Assembly (NCBI RefSeq): GCF_009834535.1
Contig: NC_045696.1
Location: 113,276,001 to 113,340,000 of the forward strand
Direction: 5' to 3'
DNA length: 64,000 bases
Origin: Camelus ferus
Lineage: Eukaryota
This document shows positions 25,288 to 38,600 of this stretch, piece by piece. A model generated the notes under the pieces. That model worked only from the letters and a program-made list of their open reading frames with translations. It ran no database searches and was not told the origin of the DNA. The translations under genes and the position numbers were made by a program. Numbering within the stretch: position 1 is the stretch's first letter; each line of letters opens with the position of its first letter.

Positions 25288-26044
25288 GTACTACGTGCCA
25301 GTGCTCACTCGGGATCTGCATCCTTCCTTTCCCACTCCCGTGACTGCTGCCCTTCCATGCGCTGTCCTTGGTACCATGCTCAGCTCAGCGCCCTCTGGAC
25401 CAGCTGCTTTAGAGAATTTCCTCAGGTCTCCAGGAGACTCCCAGAACATGCTTTCAAGGGTTCGCTCCACCCGCCCTGTCCCTTGTCTGCAGACTCTTCC
25501 TGCCACGCTGTCCTGTCCTCTTCTCTGCAGATCCCCACCCCCAAGGTCTTCCTCTTCCAGGCACTCCATTCTTGCCTGCCCTCTCCACCCACCACAGGGC
25601 TCCTCCTCAACGCTCATGACCTGTTGGATCAAACACTAACTCCACAACTCTTTGCTACCCTAGAGAGTCCCATTTTGATTCTGGTTTTGTGCTTCCGCTC
25701 ACACTGTCTGTTCCAGAAATTTCGGCCAGTTTCCTCTCTCTGCCATACTGCCCTCTGCCCCATCCCGGAACCAATGACACTTTTTTCCCAGCCACCACCC
25801 ACTGCCAGCCGCACCCCAGTGTGTGCCCTGCCTTTCTCAGCCGGCATCCCTTCAGGTGACCAACTCATCTCCCATCCCATCAGCCTTTTCTATTTTAACC
25901 AGCACCATATTCACTACAAAAGCCCCACTCCCAACTGGACCTGACTTCAAAGACTGGTATCCCTTGCTTAATACAATAGTGCTGAATCATTGGTGTAAAT
26001 TACCTCTTTTTTTTTTGGAAGAAAGTAAATCATATATAATGTGT

Positions 26045-26275
26045 ATTAGACCGAGTTCCTCCATCTTGGCACTAATGACTTCTGAGGCCAGGTATTCTCT
26101 GTTGCAGGATGTCCTGTGCTGTGTGGGGTGTTTAGCAGCACCCCGGCCACTACGCACACACACCAGTGGCATGCAACCCTCACCCTTCGCCCGGCTGTGA
26201 CCACCAACGTAATCTGCAGATATTGCCAAGTGTCCCTTTGGGGGGCAAAAATCACCCTCAGTTGAGAACCACTGC
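26045..26275 (-). mobile_element. MER20-like hAT DNA transposon relic
   Basis: Reverse strand reads CAGTGGTTCTCAACTGAGGGTGATTTTTGCCCCCCAAAGGGACACTTGGCAATATCTGCAGA, MER20-like. Confidence 0.75.
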
Positions 26276-29049
26276 ATTAAAAGAGCTTAATATTTAGAGA
26301 ACATCTGAATTAACTGATTTTTTGTAATGTGAAAAATCCTTCCTCAGCTTTCAAACTGAAGAGTTTAGATTTTTCTATATTGAGTTGTTTCAAATTGGAA
26401 TATGCTTGAACATACGTGTGTATATATATACACACACAACATGCTAGTTACATGTGTGTGTCATGGATAATTCCCATGGTCTGGATGGGGTTCTCCTCAT
26501 CATAGAGACTTGATTATATCCACTCTTGTCTAGATCATAAGCACGTGAAGGCAGTAACCTCCTTGTCTTCCCACCCTGTGACGTGCATATCTACCGAGCC
26601 TGCAGGGACACCTTTGGGGAGACCAGCACAGCTTGTAATGACAGTGATGTTTTCCTGGTGACAAATGCAACTGCCCCTTCTCTTCATGTGACACCAGGTT
26701 GAAGAGCCACTAGCCCACATTTTTAGAGCCACAGCCTTGAACCTCATTCCGAATGGATTCTCAGATAAAGAAAAGACGCCCATTTTTTCAAACATGCAGG
26801 GCATGAAATAACCCTGGGTGCTTCTGTGCAAGCCCAGTGCCACAAATTGACTCTGAAAGCAAAATCAGAGGCAGCTGTGGTGCCCTTTGTGCTCCCTGCC
26901 CCATACCCACTCTTCTAATACACTTGACCTTCCTTCTTGCTAACCCAGCCCCTCTTTTAAAACAGGAAATGATCTCATTAGTACCAGAGGTCTGAAACTC
27001 CAGTGCCTACAAGCACCAGAGAGCCGACATGAATACGAGAGAGGCACAGTTGTTTCGTAAGGACCACTTGATTAAATCTGTCAACCATCACACATTGTTT
27101 ATATGTTGTAAGAATTTTCACCTCCAAAAAGAAATACATTATTTCATTTTTCTTTGAATGACTTTTGCCTCCCCCCTTTTGACAAAGATAAAAATTCTGT
27201 GAAATATTTCTTTACGTGTAAAGAGACAATGCAAGAATTAATGTAAAGGGCAACTGACCTCTGGGCTCAGAGTTGGGGCCCCCCAGGGCGTGGTGCTGGT
27301 GCAAGAAGCAGGTCTCTTTACTAAGAGGTGGCCTCCCTTGTCAGTCCAGTTGATTGTCGCCCTGTGAGAATCTGGGCTCAGTATTGCCAGATCTTCCCAT
27401 TTCTTTTCACACGAGGCAAGAAATCTGGGTTTTATATGAAATCCTGGTTTTAAAAATTGGCTGAGATTTTTAAACACTCTGAAAGCTAAACACTGCAGAC
27501 TGTGTGTGTGGCCTTTTGATTAAAATTTTGACTGACTCACCATGCCGGTCTTTTCCCTTTCCTAGTAATTTGCATCTTCAAATGTTTTACCTCTAATTGT
27601 AGATTGAAAGGTTACGTCAGCTCCTCTGGGTCAGAGTCTATCGGGACAGGGAGAAGGAAGGTTAGTAAGGGACTTCCTGTGTGTGAACCTGTGTTATGCC
27701 CAAGCCTAGCCCTAAAAATCATATATTTTAATTTCAGGAATTCTTGAGTGAGAAGAAATAACCTAAAACTTGCTTTGCCCCATTTTCTGCCCCAAGAAAC
27801 CCAGAGTTCCTTGTCATCACGTTGTCTCTCCTCTTCTGGGTCAACACCTCTGACCAGGTTCTCCTTCCGCCTCCTTTTCCCTCCAGCCCCTCAGGGCTCT
27901 AGAGTTTGAAGGCTTGGGACTTGGGTGTATTCACCCCCCAGCCAGCCAGAGGGCAAGGTGTAAACCAGAGATGCTCAGTGAGGACACGGCAGGGAGCAGA
28001 AAGACGGTGCTGTTCTGAGGAAAGATTTCATGAATGGGAGCCTCTGGGCAGCTCTGCTGGAGACTCGCAGGTGCATGAAAGAATGCCTTTAAAGTTAATG
28101 CTGCTTTGAGTTTGAACCCCGTGTCTTATACAGTAGGTCATACATGGTTGTTAAACAAATGGATGGATGGATGAAAATAGTATTTATTAGAAGGCTAAAT
28201 ATTAACTGATGGAAGACTTGGTATCTAATACCAAGAATTAAAAGTAAAAAGAATCATGATTTGTATCTTGAGAAAAGGCTAAGAGATGAGTTGTTTAAGA
28301 TTTTTTAAGTATATAAAGAAATGACATCAGGAAGAAGGTGCCAGTAGGGGACAGGGGGGACTTAAATCAGAAGGGCCTGAGCTGTGGGATGAACTGAGGA
28401 CGTGCCACATAAAATTGGAAGGATAACTAAACATGCTAATGGTCTAGCCTCCTTAGGGCTGTGAGACTATATTCTCATCCGATCACCTGACCCAAACCAC
28501 TCAGGGTTTTTTGCTGAGTCTAAGCTGATAGTTCCACACCGTGAATCAGCACCTCTCTTAACTGCCCAAAGCATTTCCCACCACCAGTGGTAACCACTGC
28601 TCCTTTTAGATTCCGGGACAGGTTGTGTGAGACTCGTGGTCTTACACAGACGGTAAGATTAGCCAGGTGGGAAATGGTCTCTGAGCGCAGCTCCGCTCCC
28701 TGCCCCTGGACCACCCGCCTGGGCTGCTCCTTCCACTTTACAGCAGCCATCAAGATCGGTCTGCTGTATATTCTAGGCCCGAGGACCATGTCTGCCGAGG
28801 TGACAAGCGGTGCCAGTGTTTCTTCTCCTAGGACCTGAGATGCTCTCATAATTCACTCAGAAGAGTTAAACTAGCCAGCCTTCTGATTTTACCTATTCGT
28901 GGGAAACCAAGTGAATTGCATTCAGTGCAAACCAAGAAGCCAAGCTTACGGCCTGTTGTGTGATTCCTAGCGCAAATGTACACAACTTTCCCCTTCCACA
29001 TACCAAGTCCCTCTGAGAATCACGGTTTTTTTTTTTAAATTAATGTTAG

Positions 29050-29367
29050 CTACATCACGGATCAACATTGAAAACATTATGCTAAGTGAAAAGCCAGTCA
29101 CAAAAGAATACATATTGTATAATTCCATCCGAGAATGGGCAAATCTGTAGAAACAGAAAGTAGATTAGTGCTTGCTTAGAGCAGAAAGAGTGGAAGGGAC
29201 AGAAGGCATAGGGAGTGACTTCCAAAGGTTTCTTTTGGGGTTGATGAAAATGTCCTGAAATTGCGTGTGGTGATGATTTCACAACCCTCTGAATACATCA
29301 AAAAACGTTGACTTGTATGATATGAATTATATCGTAATTAAGCTCCTAGCAAAAAAAGGTAAAAAAA
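29050..29367 (+). mobile_element. Old L1 (L1MB/ME-like) 3' end
   Basis: AACATTATGCTAAGTGAAAAGCCAGTCACAAAAG...; TSD TAATGTTAG at 29041-29049 and 29368-29376. Confidence 0.8.
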
Positions 29368-29653
29368 TAATGTTAGTAATATTTTAACATGTTGACCTAT
29401 TTTACATAACGTGTTGACCTATTTCACAGTGCAAAATAATACTTAGCAATTAATCAGACATTGCCAAGTGTCAACTAAAAAAAATTTCCAAGTCCTTTGT
29501 TGGACCAACAGACAGAGTTTGCTATCATTATAATATGCTTGATAAAATGACAGCATAGTTTATTAGCCTAAAAAAAATGTATCTGCAAAGATGAAAGCTG
29601 GGGAAAATACATCATGCTGGGACTATCACACATAGGTCGAGATGCAGCTTTCC

Positions 29654-30554
29654 TATGCAGGTGGCCAAGAGGCACAAGAAAGATGCTCAACAGCATTAAT
29701 CATCAGGGAAATGCAAATCAAAACTGCAATGAGATATCACCTAACACCTGTTAAAATGACTATTATCAAAAAAAAAAACAAAACACACAAATAACAAGTG
29801 CTGGTGAGGATGTGGGGAAAAAGGAGCCCTGGTTCACTGTTGGTGGGAATGCAAATTAGTGCAGCTACTGTGGAAAACAGTATGGAGGTTTCTCAAAAAA
29901 CTAAAAATAAAGCTACCATATGATGCAGAAATTCCACTCTTGGGTATATATCTGAAAAAAACAAAAACACTAATTTTAAAAGATACGTGCACCCCAATGT
30001 TCATAGAAACATTATTTACAACAGCCAAAATATGGAAGCAACCTAAGTGTCCATCAACAGATGAGTGGTAAAGAAGACGTGGTGTGTGTACCAATGGACT
30101 ATTACTCAGCAATAAAAAAGAATGAAATTTTGCCATTTGCAACAACATGAATGGACTGGGAGGGCATTATGCCAAGTGAAATAAGTCAGAGAGAGAAAGA
30201 CAAACACTGGATGAGATCACTTATATGTGGAACCTTAAAAAATACAACAAACTTATGAATATAACCAAAAAAAAGCAGACTCACAAGTACAGAGAACAAA
30301 CCAGTGGTTACCAGTGGGGAAAGGGAAAGGGGAGGGGCAAACATAGGAACAGGAGAATAAAAGGAACAAATTATTAGATATAAAGTAAGCTACCAGGATA
30401 TATTGTACAATGTGGAGAATATATAGCCAATATTTTATAATAACTATGAATGGAATATAGCCTTTAAAAATTGTTAATCACTGTATTGTATACCTGTAAC
30501 TTATATAATATTATACATCAACTATACGTCAATAAAAAATTTAATTTGAAAAAA
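29654..30554 (+). mobile_element. 5'-truncated L1 with ORF2 remnant
   Basis: ORF 29859-30071 ([19 protein letters not shown]...[12 protein letters not shown]) is the L1 ORF2 C-terminus; TSD AGATGYAGCTTTCC at 29640-29653 and 30555-30568. Confidence 0.92.
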
Positions 30555-31440
30555 AGATGTAGCTTTCCCAACAACATGAAGACATAGTCTCCATCTGCCT
30601 TTACCAGGAAGGTGCATGTTTTAGTAATTGGGTCACTTTGTTATTTAAAAGTTCCTTCGTGTTTCGTAAGTTTGTGTTTCAATACGCACATGAGCACATG
30701 TGCACACACAACCATACTAATCTAAGATGTGGAAACATCAAAATGCTGCTTCCTATCTCTGTGGTAGAAAGTTGATAGGTAAATTTGGTTTTTGCTAATT
30801 TATGTCTTTCAGTTTTTCTACAATGAATCCTATTCCTTATGTCATTTTTTATTTTTAAAAATATGGACTTTGTAAGGGACTAATATACACATTGTTTTTG
30901 ATTCTTAACAACTGACCTTGGAAGTTCATTGGTAAATGTTAGTTAGATCCAGAATATTTCTGACCATTTTCATTATGACTCTCGCCCCAATTCTACACCC
31001 TTGATAACTAGTTAGTTCTCTGGACACATAGCCCTCGTGGAATTTTTATGTTGTTTCTTCTTATGGATGGACTCCCCAAAATCGTATTTGGAATAAATCA
31101 ATGCCTGGTGAGTTTTCCTGTAGCTTTTGTTAGTATTTCTCATTAAATTTGAGTCACAGCACCGTCAGTTACATAGAAGACAGTGGTATACAACCTTGAG
31201 ATTTCGGGTTTATGATCACGTAAAGAGGAACCTAACCAGCAACCAAAACTCTTTTCGAGTGTAATGAACAGTGGTTTCCATAGCCCAAAGTAGAGAAGTG
31301 AGCAAATTGTATAAAATTCAGACTTCACATCTCTTCTTTTGGTGATGGCACCTTAACCAAACTGGCCCCAACATAGTGATTTTCATTTCTGCCCAGATCA
31401 CTAAGTCTTACATGAGCCTGAATCTGGATGTCTTAGTCTT

Positions 31441-32028
31441 TTTTTTATTATTATTGAAGTACAGTCAGTTACAATGTGTCAATTTCTGGTGCACAGCACA
31501 ATGTCCCAGTCACGCATATACATACATATATTCGTTTTCATATTCTTTTTATTAAAGCTTATTACAAGATATTGAACATAGCTCCCTGTGCTATACAGAA
31601 GAAAATTGTTTTTTAATCTATTTTTATGTATAGTGTTTAATGTTTGCAAATCTCAAACTCCCAAATTTATTCCTTCCCACCCACTTCCCCCAGTAACCAT
31701 AAGATTGTTTACTATGTCTACACATTTGTTTCTGTTTTGTAGATGAGTTCATTAATGTCCTCTTTTTTTTTTTTTTTTTTTAGATTCCACATATAAGTGA
31801 TATCATATGGCATTTTTCTTTCTGTCTGGCTTACTTCACTTAGAATGACTATCTCCAGGCCTATCCATGTTGCTGCAAATGGCATTATTTTATCACTTTT
31901 TTTTTTAACACTGAGTAGTATTCTATTGTACAAATATACCACAGCTTCTTTATCCAGTCATCTGTCAATGGGCATTTAGCTTGCTTCTATGTCTTGGCTA
32001 TTGTATATACTGCTGCTATGAACTTTGG
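31441..32028 (-). mobile_element. 5'-truncated lineage-specific L1
   Basis: Antisense ORF remnant (MPFAATWIGLEIVILSEVSQ); perfect 15-bp TSD GGATGTCTTAGTCTT at 31426-31440 and 32029-32043. Confidence 0.93.
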
Positions 32029-32689
32029 GGATGTCTTAGTCTTAATTTGGGTGGAATCTTGGTTTCTGGCCCCAAATTCAAACTTTTAAATGCAGTTCTC
32101 ATTAGGCCAGAAGTTGGGGCCCATGTATTTGCATTATCCCCTCTTTCAGAAACCCTTGCCAAGATCTTCACCTCCTCAGGCAGACCTCCAGACTTCAAGT
32201 CTGGCCACCTGCAGGTTCCAGATGTAACTCTCCTTCCTTGCATTCTTCACCATTAACTGATAGCAGAGATCTTGAGAAACTGTGGTGCCATCCGTCAGAG
32301 GAAGCAGGTGCTAAACACTGGGGCTTCAGCACGGATAATATGATCCCTGTCCTCTGGCTGGAACTGTAAAACCTAGAGAGAATCAGAGATCGGGGTGTAA
32401 GGAAGGAAAAAGCTCAAAGGTTGCTATGATGTAGATGATAAAGGAGCAGCCAGCCTAGACTGGGGCAAGAAGGCTTCTCAAAGAGCTTCCCCCTTGGGAT
32501 TTGGACATACCCTGTCCCAGTACCTACCACATTATAGGCAGACGATCTATTATTATCTGTTTTCCCCCAAAACACCAAGCGCTTCCCCAGAAATTAAAAC
32601 TTTGTTGTCTTTAGATCCTTGGCACATAGTCTACCCACATATATGTGTGTTGAAGGGAACCATCCTCTTATAGTTCCTCATTTTTTTGT

Positions 32690-33655
32690 TTCTTAATAAG
32701 AGCTTTATTTAGGCATATTTCACATACCATAAAATTCCCACATTTAAAGTGGACAAAATGTGTTCATACAAAACAGTGATTTTTCACTCAATGGTTTTTA
32801 GTATATCCACAGTTGTAAACCATTAACACTGTGTGATCCCAGGATATTTTCATTACCCTGAAAATAATTTTGTACCCTTTAATAGTCACCCCCACACACA
32901 TTGTCCCCTCTCTCCAGGCCTTGGCAGCCACTGATCTCATTTCTGTCTCTGTGGATTTTCCTATTCTAGATGTTTCATACAAATGGAAGTATGTAATATG
33001 TAGCCTTTTGTTTCTGGCTTCTTTCATTGCATGTTTCCAAGGTTCATCTATCTTTTTGTTCTTGTTTGTTTTTGTTTGGAGAGGGAGGTGATTAAATTTT
33101 TTCTTAACGGAGGTGCTGGGGATTGAACCCAGGACCTCATGCATGCCAAGCACATTCTCTACCCCTGAGTTATACACTCCTCCGCCAGGGTTCATCTATC
33201 TCGTAGCATATAACAGTATGTCATTCCTTTTCATGGCTGAATAATATTCCATTGTACAAATATACCACATTTTATTTATCCATTCATCATTTGATGGACA
33301 TTTGGGTTATTTCTACCTTTTGAACATTATGAGTAATGCTGCTCTGACCATTCACATACAAGTTTTTGTACAGACACGTTTTCAGTTTTCTTGGGTCTAT
33401 ATCTCGGAGTCAGATTGCTCAATCATATATCACTTTATGTTTAACCTTTTGAGGAACTGCTAAACTGTTTTCCAAAGCACATTTTGCATTCCTACCAGCA
33501 ATATATGAGTGTTCCAGTTCTTCCATATCCTCACCAACATTTGTTATTGTGTGTCATTTTTATTATAACCATTCCTAGAAGGATGGTCAGTGGTATCTTG
33601 GTGTGATCCTGGTTTGCATTTCCTTGCAACGGTGTTGAGCATCTTTCCATGTTCT
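32690..33655 (-). mobile_element. Old L1 (L1MB-like), interrupted by a SINE
   Basis: Antisense L1 motifs (GCTGAATAATATTCCATTGTAC...CATTTGATGGACATTTGGG...CCTCACCAACATTTG). Confidence 0.8.
33054..33188 (-). mobile_element. tRNA-derived SINE nested in an older L1
   Basis: Reverse B-box GGGATTGAACC; TSD GGTTCATCTATCT at 33041-33053 and 33189-33201. Confidence 0.9.
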
Positions 33656-35241
33656 TTCCTTCATCTTCACCTTTTTTTCTCTCACTGAAATACAGAACTT
33701 AGTTATGTACACATATGTTTCCCAAAGAAAGAAACCAGGTCTTATTTGTTTTTGTATTCTCAGTACGAAGCACAGTACTGAGCACACAGTAGATTCTAAG
33801 TAAATGTTTTCTAAACTCATGAGAAGATGAGTGATTGGATGAACACACAAATCATTCCAACCCCTTTTTCTCTGCCCACATCCCTCTCAGAATTCTCTTT
33901 TTAAAAATGTCTGATGAGAGTCTTGAAACCCTTGAAGTGCACTCAACAGGTGACTCATGGTCTGCATGATGCAAAAGTAAACTAAGAAAAGCTGTGATAT
34001 TTAAAAAGATAATCCTGTGCATTCCAAATCTCACTTTGATCTCGTTTGCCTCCCTCCCAAAAGGGACATTTTTCTAAAATAGAGTCTGAGCAAAGTCCTT
34101 GTGAAGAGGATTCATTTTTCTTCTGTTTTCTTAATGACTTTTTTCCTGAAAAGTAAGCCCTCTGTGACCTAGTTTAATGAAAGATCTATGGAAATGTCAT
34201 GGTAAAACATATAGCAACTCATCCGTCATCTCAGCCTGGCTAATCTTTTTTGAAACCAGCAAGGGTTTCCTGAGTCAAAGAACTTCGTAAAGACCACCAT
34301 CAGGAGAAAGAATGGTTTTGTTTTCTCAGCCTCTCCCTGTCCACATTCCAACAAATCAGGCCTTGCTTTGATTTTTCGGTCTTATCTAAAGCTCTGGGCT
34401 TCTATGGTAAACTGTGGATACCTGTGAAACTGAACTTGCCCTTCGGAATCAGTCTCTTGTGTTTGGACGTGATGTCGAAGGGAGAGGGAGGAGGCAAAGA
34501 CAGCGGGGCAGCAGACAGTTTCTGTTTGTGTTTTTAAACTTTGTTTCCTGGGTCAGGGAATTGAAACTAATAAACTAACAGTACACTAATACAGAGAGTT
34601 ACCATGGTTGGGTTTCCTTTTTCTCTTAATAAATGGAACCGGTATTATTTCACACTACTCGGGGCTGTTGTTTTGTGTTATCATAATATCACAAGCTTGC
34701 CGAAACTTTTCTTTTTTCATGGACTTATTCATTCTACTTGAAGCTAACTGTCTATTTGTAGAGAAAGACCACCATAACTTACGCTGCAGGGATAGAAGTC
34801 AGGAGATCTGGGTTTAGCTTCTGCTGCTAATTTCTAGTGTGAGCCAAATCACTGAGGGTCAGTGCACCTCAGAAGTCCTTGCTCTCCCGGGGGCCTTTCC
34901 AGCTGTAAAGTTTTCTGAATTTACTGATTCCAAAGTGGATCAAGTCTCCTAAGAACAAATTCAGAAATACGCCTTTGAAAGAGACTTATCCAGGATCCAG
35001 AGCACCCCAGGTGTCTCAAATCCCGGCCTCTCTGCTGCCCCCACTGGCTCCACCAGTCTCTGGGCCTGTTCCCACCTGCACAGCAAGAGTGAGCACACCT
35101 ATTTCTAAGGCATTCAGAAATCCTGAGCCTACTAGGAACTCTAGGTGTGAGATAAGATCCTAGAGAAACATAAGATACTGAGGAAGTGTATTAAGTCAGG
35201 GAAGGACTTCTGAAATACCTCTTATATTTAAAACTAAATGA

Positions 35242-35622
<381 letters not shown>

Positions 35623-38600
35623 TGATCAGGTGTCTGGTTGTCCTCTTCGTTTTTTGGCATGTTCAAGAACTGAATTTATTTTTGGTTTTTCCCCAAGTCG
35701 AAAACAACTAAATGAAATTTTGTGAGAGTGTGACATCTGGTTGTTTAGACAGGGAGAAAACTGATCAAATGAAAAGAAATTAATACAATTCTCACTTTGA
35801 GTTAAAAAGTGCATAGATATGTTAGAACATGTTACTGTCCCAGAAACAGCCATCTCTCCCCCTGTTTTATCTCCAGCGTTTGAGGAGACAGGGGGCTCTG
35901 CCCGTGTTAATCTGAGTGAATATGCTCGCTTTTAAGGGTTCCATTAGGGAATATATCTTTGAGGCTACTTAGATTCAATTATGTTCTGAAATTATCCAAA
36001 CTGGCTTTGTGTACAGCCTGCAGCCAGTAAGTAATTTCCCGTCATCCTTCAGCTAATTACATGCTCTGCAGACCCACCTTCCGGAGACACTTGACAAGTA
36101 CCCACCCCCGAGCCACAGTCAGAGTGCTTCCTGAATGTGAACTTCAGCTCGCCTGCTGACATCTTCATTGTCAAGGGCGAGATGAGTCTCTAGCAAACAT
36201 CCTTTGGTCCAACAATCTAGCCTAGAAAATAAAGTCTACCATAAAGGTAAACAAAGCTTAACCCGAGGAATGCTATACTCAGCGTTCAGCTAATGTTTTA
36301 AAAAAAAGGGTAGTAAGTCAGAGAAGACTTCAATTTTTTTGTGTAAAACATTTTATTTGCCTTTTATATTTTAAACTAAATTATCACAAGATGCATACCC
36401 TAGAGCACAAATTGTATTCAGATTTATAAAACAATTCAGTCTGCCCTCCTCTGTCACCCACCTCACACCTTCTCTTCTCCTTTCCTTCCTCCAACTACCC
36501 GCCTTTTCTCCTAACTTTTGACCCCAAACCCCAAAACTCAACATGTTAGCTCGGTTTCATGCTGTTCTGTCTCATTTCCCTAGTGGAAGTTTTTCCATGC
36601 AAATTCCCTACTTTCTGTCATGAAATTAGGAAATGCTCCGCCGGCTAAAGTGTTGAGATGATATACCCATTGGAAAGAGGTCAATTTTAAGGTCCTAAGG
36701 CAACTATTTTTTGGAATGTGGTGTAGTGTGTTTTCATTCATCCAGACCCCTTCGATCTAGAGTTTGTAATCTTTTAACAAAGATTGGGCTAAAGGTTGCT
36801 GTTACGTCTATGAAAATAATGTCTTAAGGGGCTTAATGGAATTAATTACAAATAAGTTGCACCTGTTTATTAATTAAGACACTTGCAGACTGTCTCTTGA
36901 AAGCACAATTTTATTGGCTTGATTTGAAAGTAATAAAACTGCATGATTTTTGATACATTCTCTCATTCCAAAAGCTCAGGAATTCAAATGGGCCTTTTTT
37001 CCCCCCTAAATTAGCCCCAATTCATAAGGCTTTAACCTACCTGATTATGCAGCATTGAGATTCTTTCAAATCAGTTTTTAATGATAAATTTTGAATTCTA
37101 GGAGAGGCTCTAATGAAAATTCCATTTAAAACTCAGCTCCCAAAGTAACGCTAAAGACCACATGTGCCTCACAGAGGGCTTAATGCCTATTAGTGACTGA
37201 CTTAAACAAAGGAGAATCAAGCCTATTAGCCGGTGTCCCTGACTCACGTATGTCTTCATGATGGTCAAGAAATCCACCAGCCTCCTCTCCCAAGGATGTT
37301 TGGGGCCTGATTCAATGAGGTTTACTTGAAAGAATAAATCAGGGAGCAGAAAGCTAGAGTTCTCAGCCGAGGTACCTTTGTCTCAGATCAGAATCCTGTT
37401 CCCAGGACTACCCCAATCATGAAATCAAAAGTCTCTCTAGGGCAGTTATGCAGATCATTTAATGTAAGGACAATGTCTTGGAAAAAGACGAAAGAGGTTT
37501 TCCAGTGAAACACAGTTTGCAAAAGTGGTCAAAGATGAAAAATGTTACGCTCCACATCCTATTTATTCAACCCTGTAATTTAAAAGTATTTCTACCCCAG
37601 ACTTGCAACTGTGTAGGGTGAGAATCTTTTTTTGTCCCTGTTTGCCCTGAAAACGATGGAAATCTTTTGGAGGTACTTTGTCAGTTGTGATGGGCCAGTT
37701 TTTATGAATCTTTTGTAGAAAGAATGTTGACACTGCCCTACCATAAACCATTTTTTAAAGACAGGCTCCAAGCTTTTGTAACAGTTGCCCAAATATTGAA
37801 CTAGGAAGGTGACTGCCTCTTGTAGCCCTGATTAGTGCATCACTTTGGACCACTAACAAAGGGATCCAATTCTTCTCAAAATGCAAGGAAACATGTCTGA
37901 TGCTGATTTATAAAAGCCAAACCTCCGCTCACCGACAAATCATCAATGAAATACATGTCCCTATTCAGTTCTCTTTTGTCAGCTCACCTCTGGAAAGTTT
38001 TGGGGTTTTGTGTGTGTGTGTGTTTTGTTTGTTTGTTTGGTTTTTTTTTTTGTAAGTAGACTGTGAAATATTTTCTCTCTCAGTTCACGTCCAAAAGTCA
38101 ATTTTTGTCATTTTTTAAAATTGAGGGACCTACCATCTTTAATATATACTCAAATGAGGTGGTCCCTCATCATGTGTCAAAATATGCTTTTATTATGGCT
38201 TAGAGGAGGCCAACATCTTAAAAGGGATTTGGTCCATGAAGTGCCCGAGATAAGTCAGCCAAGATAAGCCACAGAAAAGACAGCACTACAACTAGCAGGG
38301 CTGCTACAACACTGGTTTCAAAATAAGCCAATAATTCATTTCTTCTGCAAGTTCGCAGAGCATCCTTTCTGGAGAGATGAACCTTACCTCCGTGTATCAC
38401 CTCATTCTCTCCCTAGTGTTGTCTGACCCTCACTACGCTCCAGCCCCCAGAACATAAGCCAGCGCTAGAGCATGAGGGAGAAAAGGTCTCCTGACTTTAG
38501 ACAAAGTAATAATTTCTCCGTCTTCATAGCAGCTGTCAACGTGCTCACTGGAGGCCCTGGACTTTGGTGTTTCTACCTCTAGGCAAACGTTGCCTCTTCC

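Noticed and set aside
25256..25944. 127-195 aa ORFs downstream of the LTR as possible retroviral gag
   Set aside because: No gag-like motifs or primer-binding site, and the near-TSD indicates a solo LTR.
36678..36695. AGGTCA-atttta-AGGTCC as a thyroid response element
   Set aside because: The spacer is 6 nt in direct orientation, not a DR4, IR0 or ER6 arrangement.
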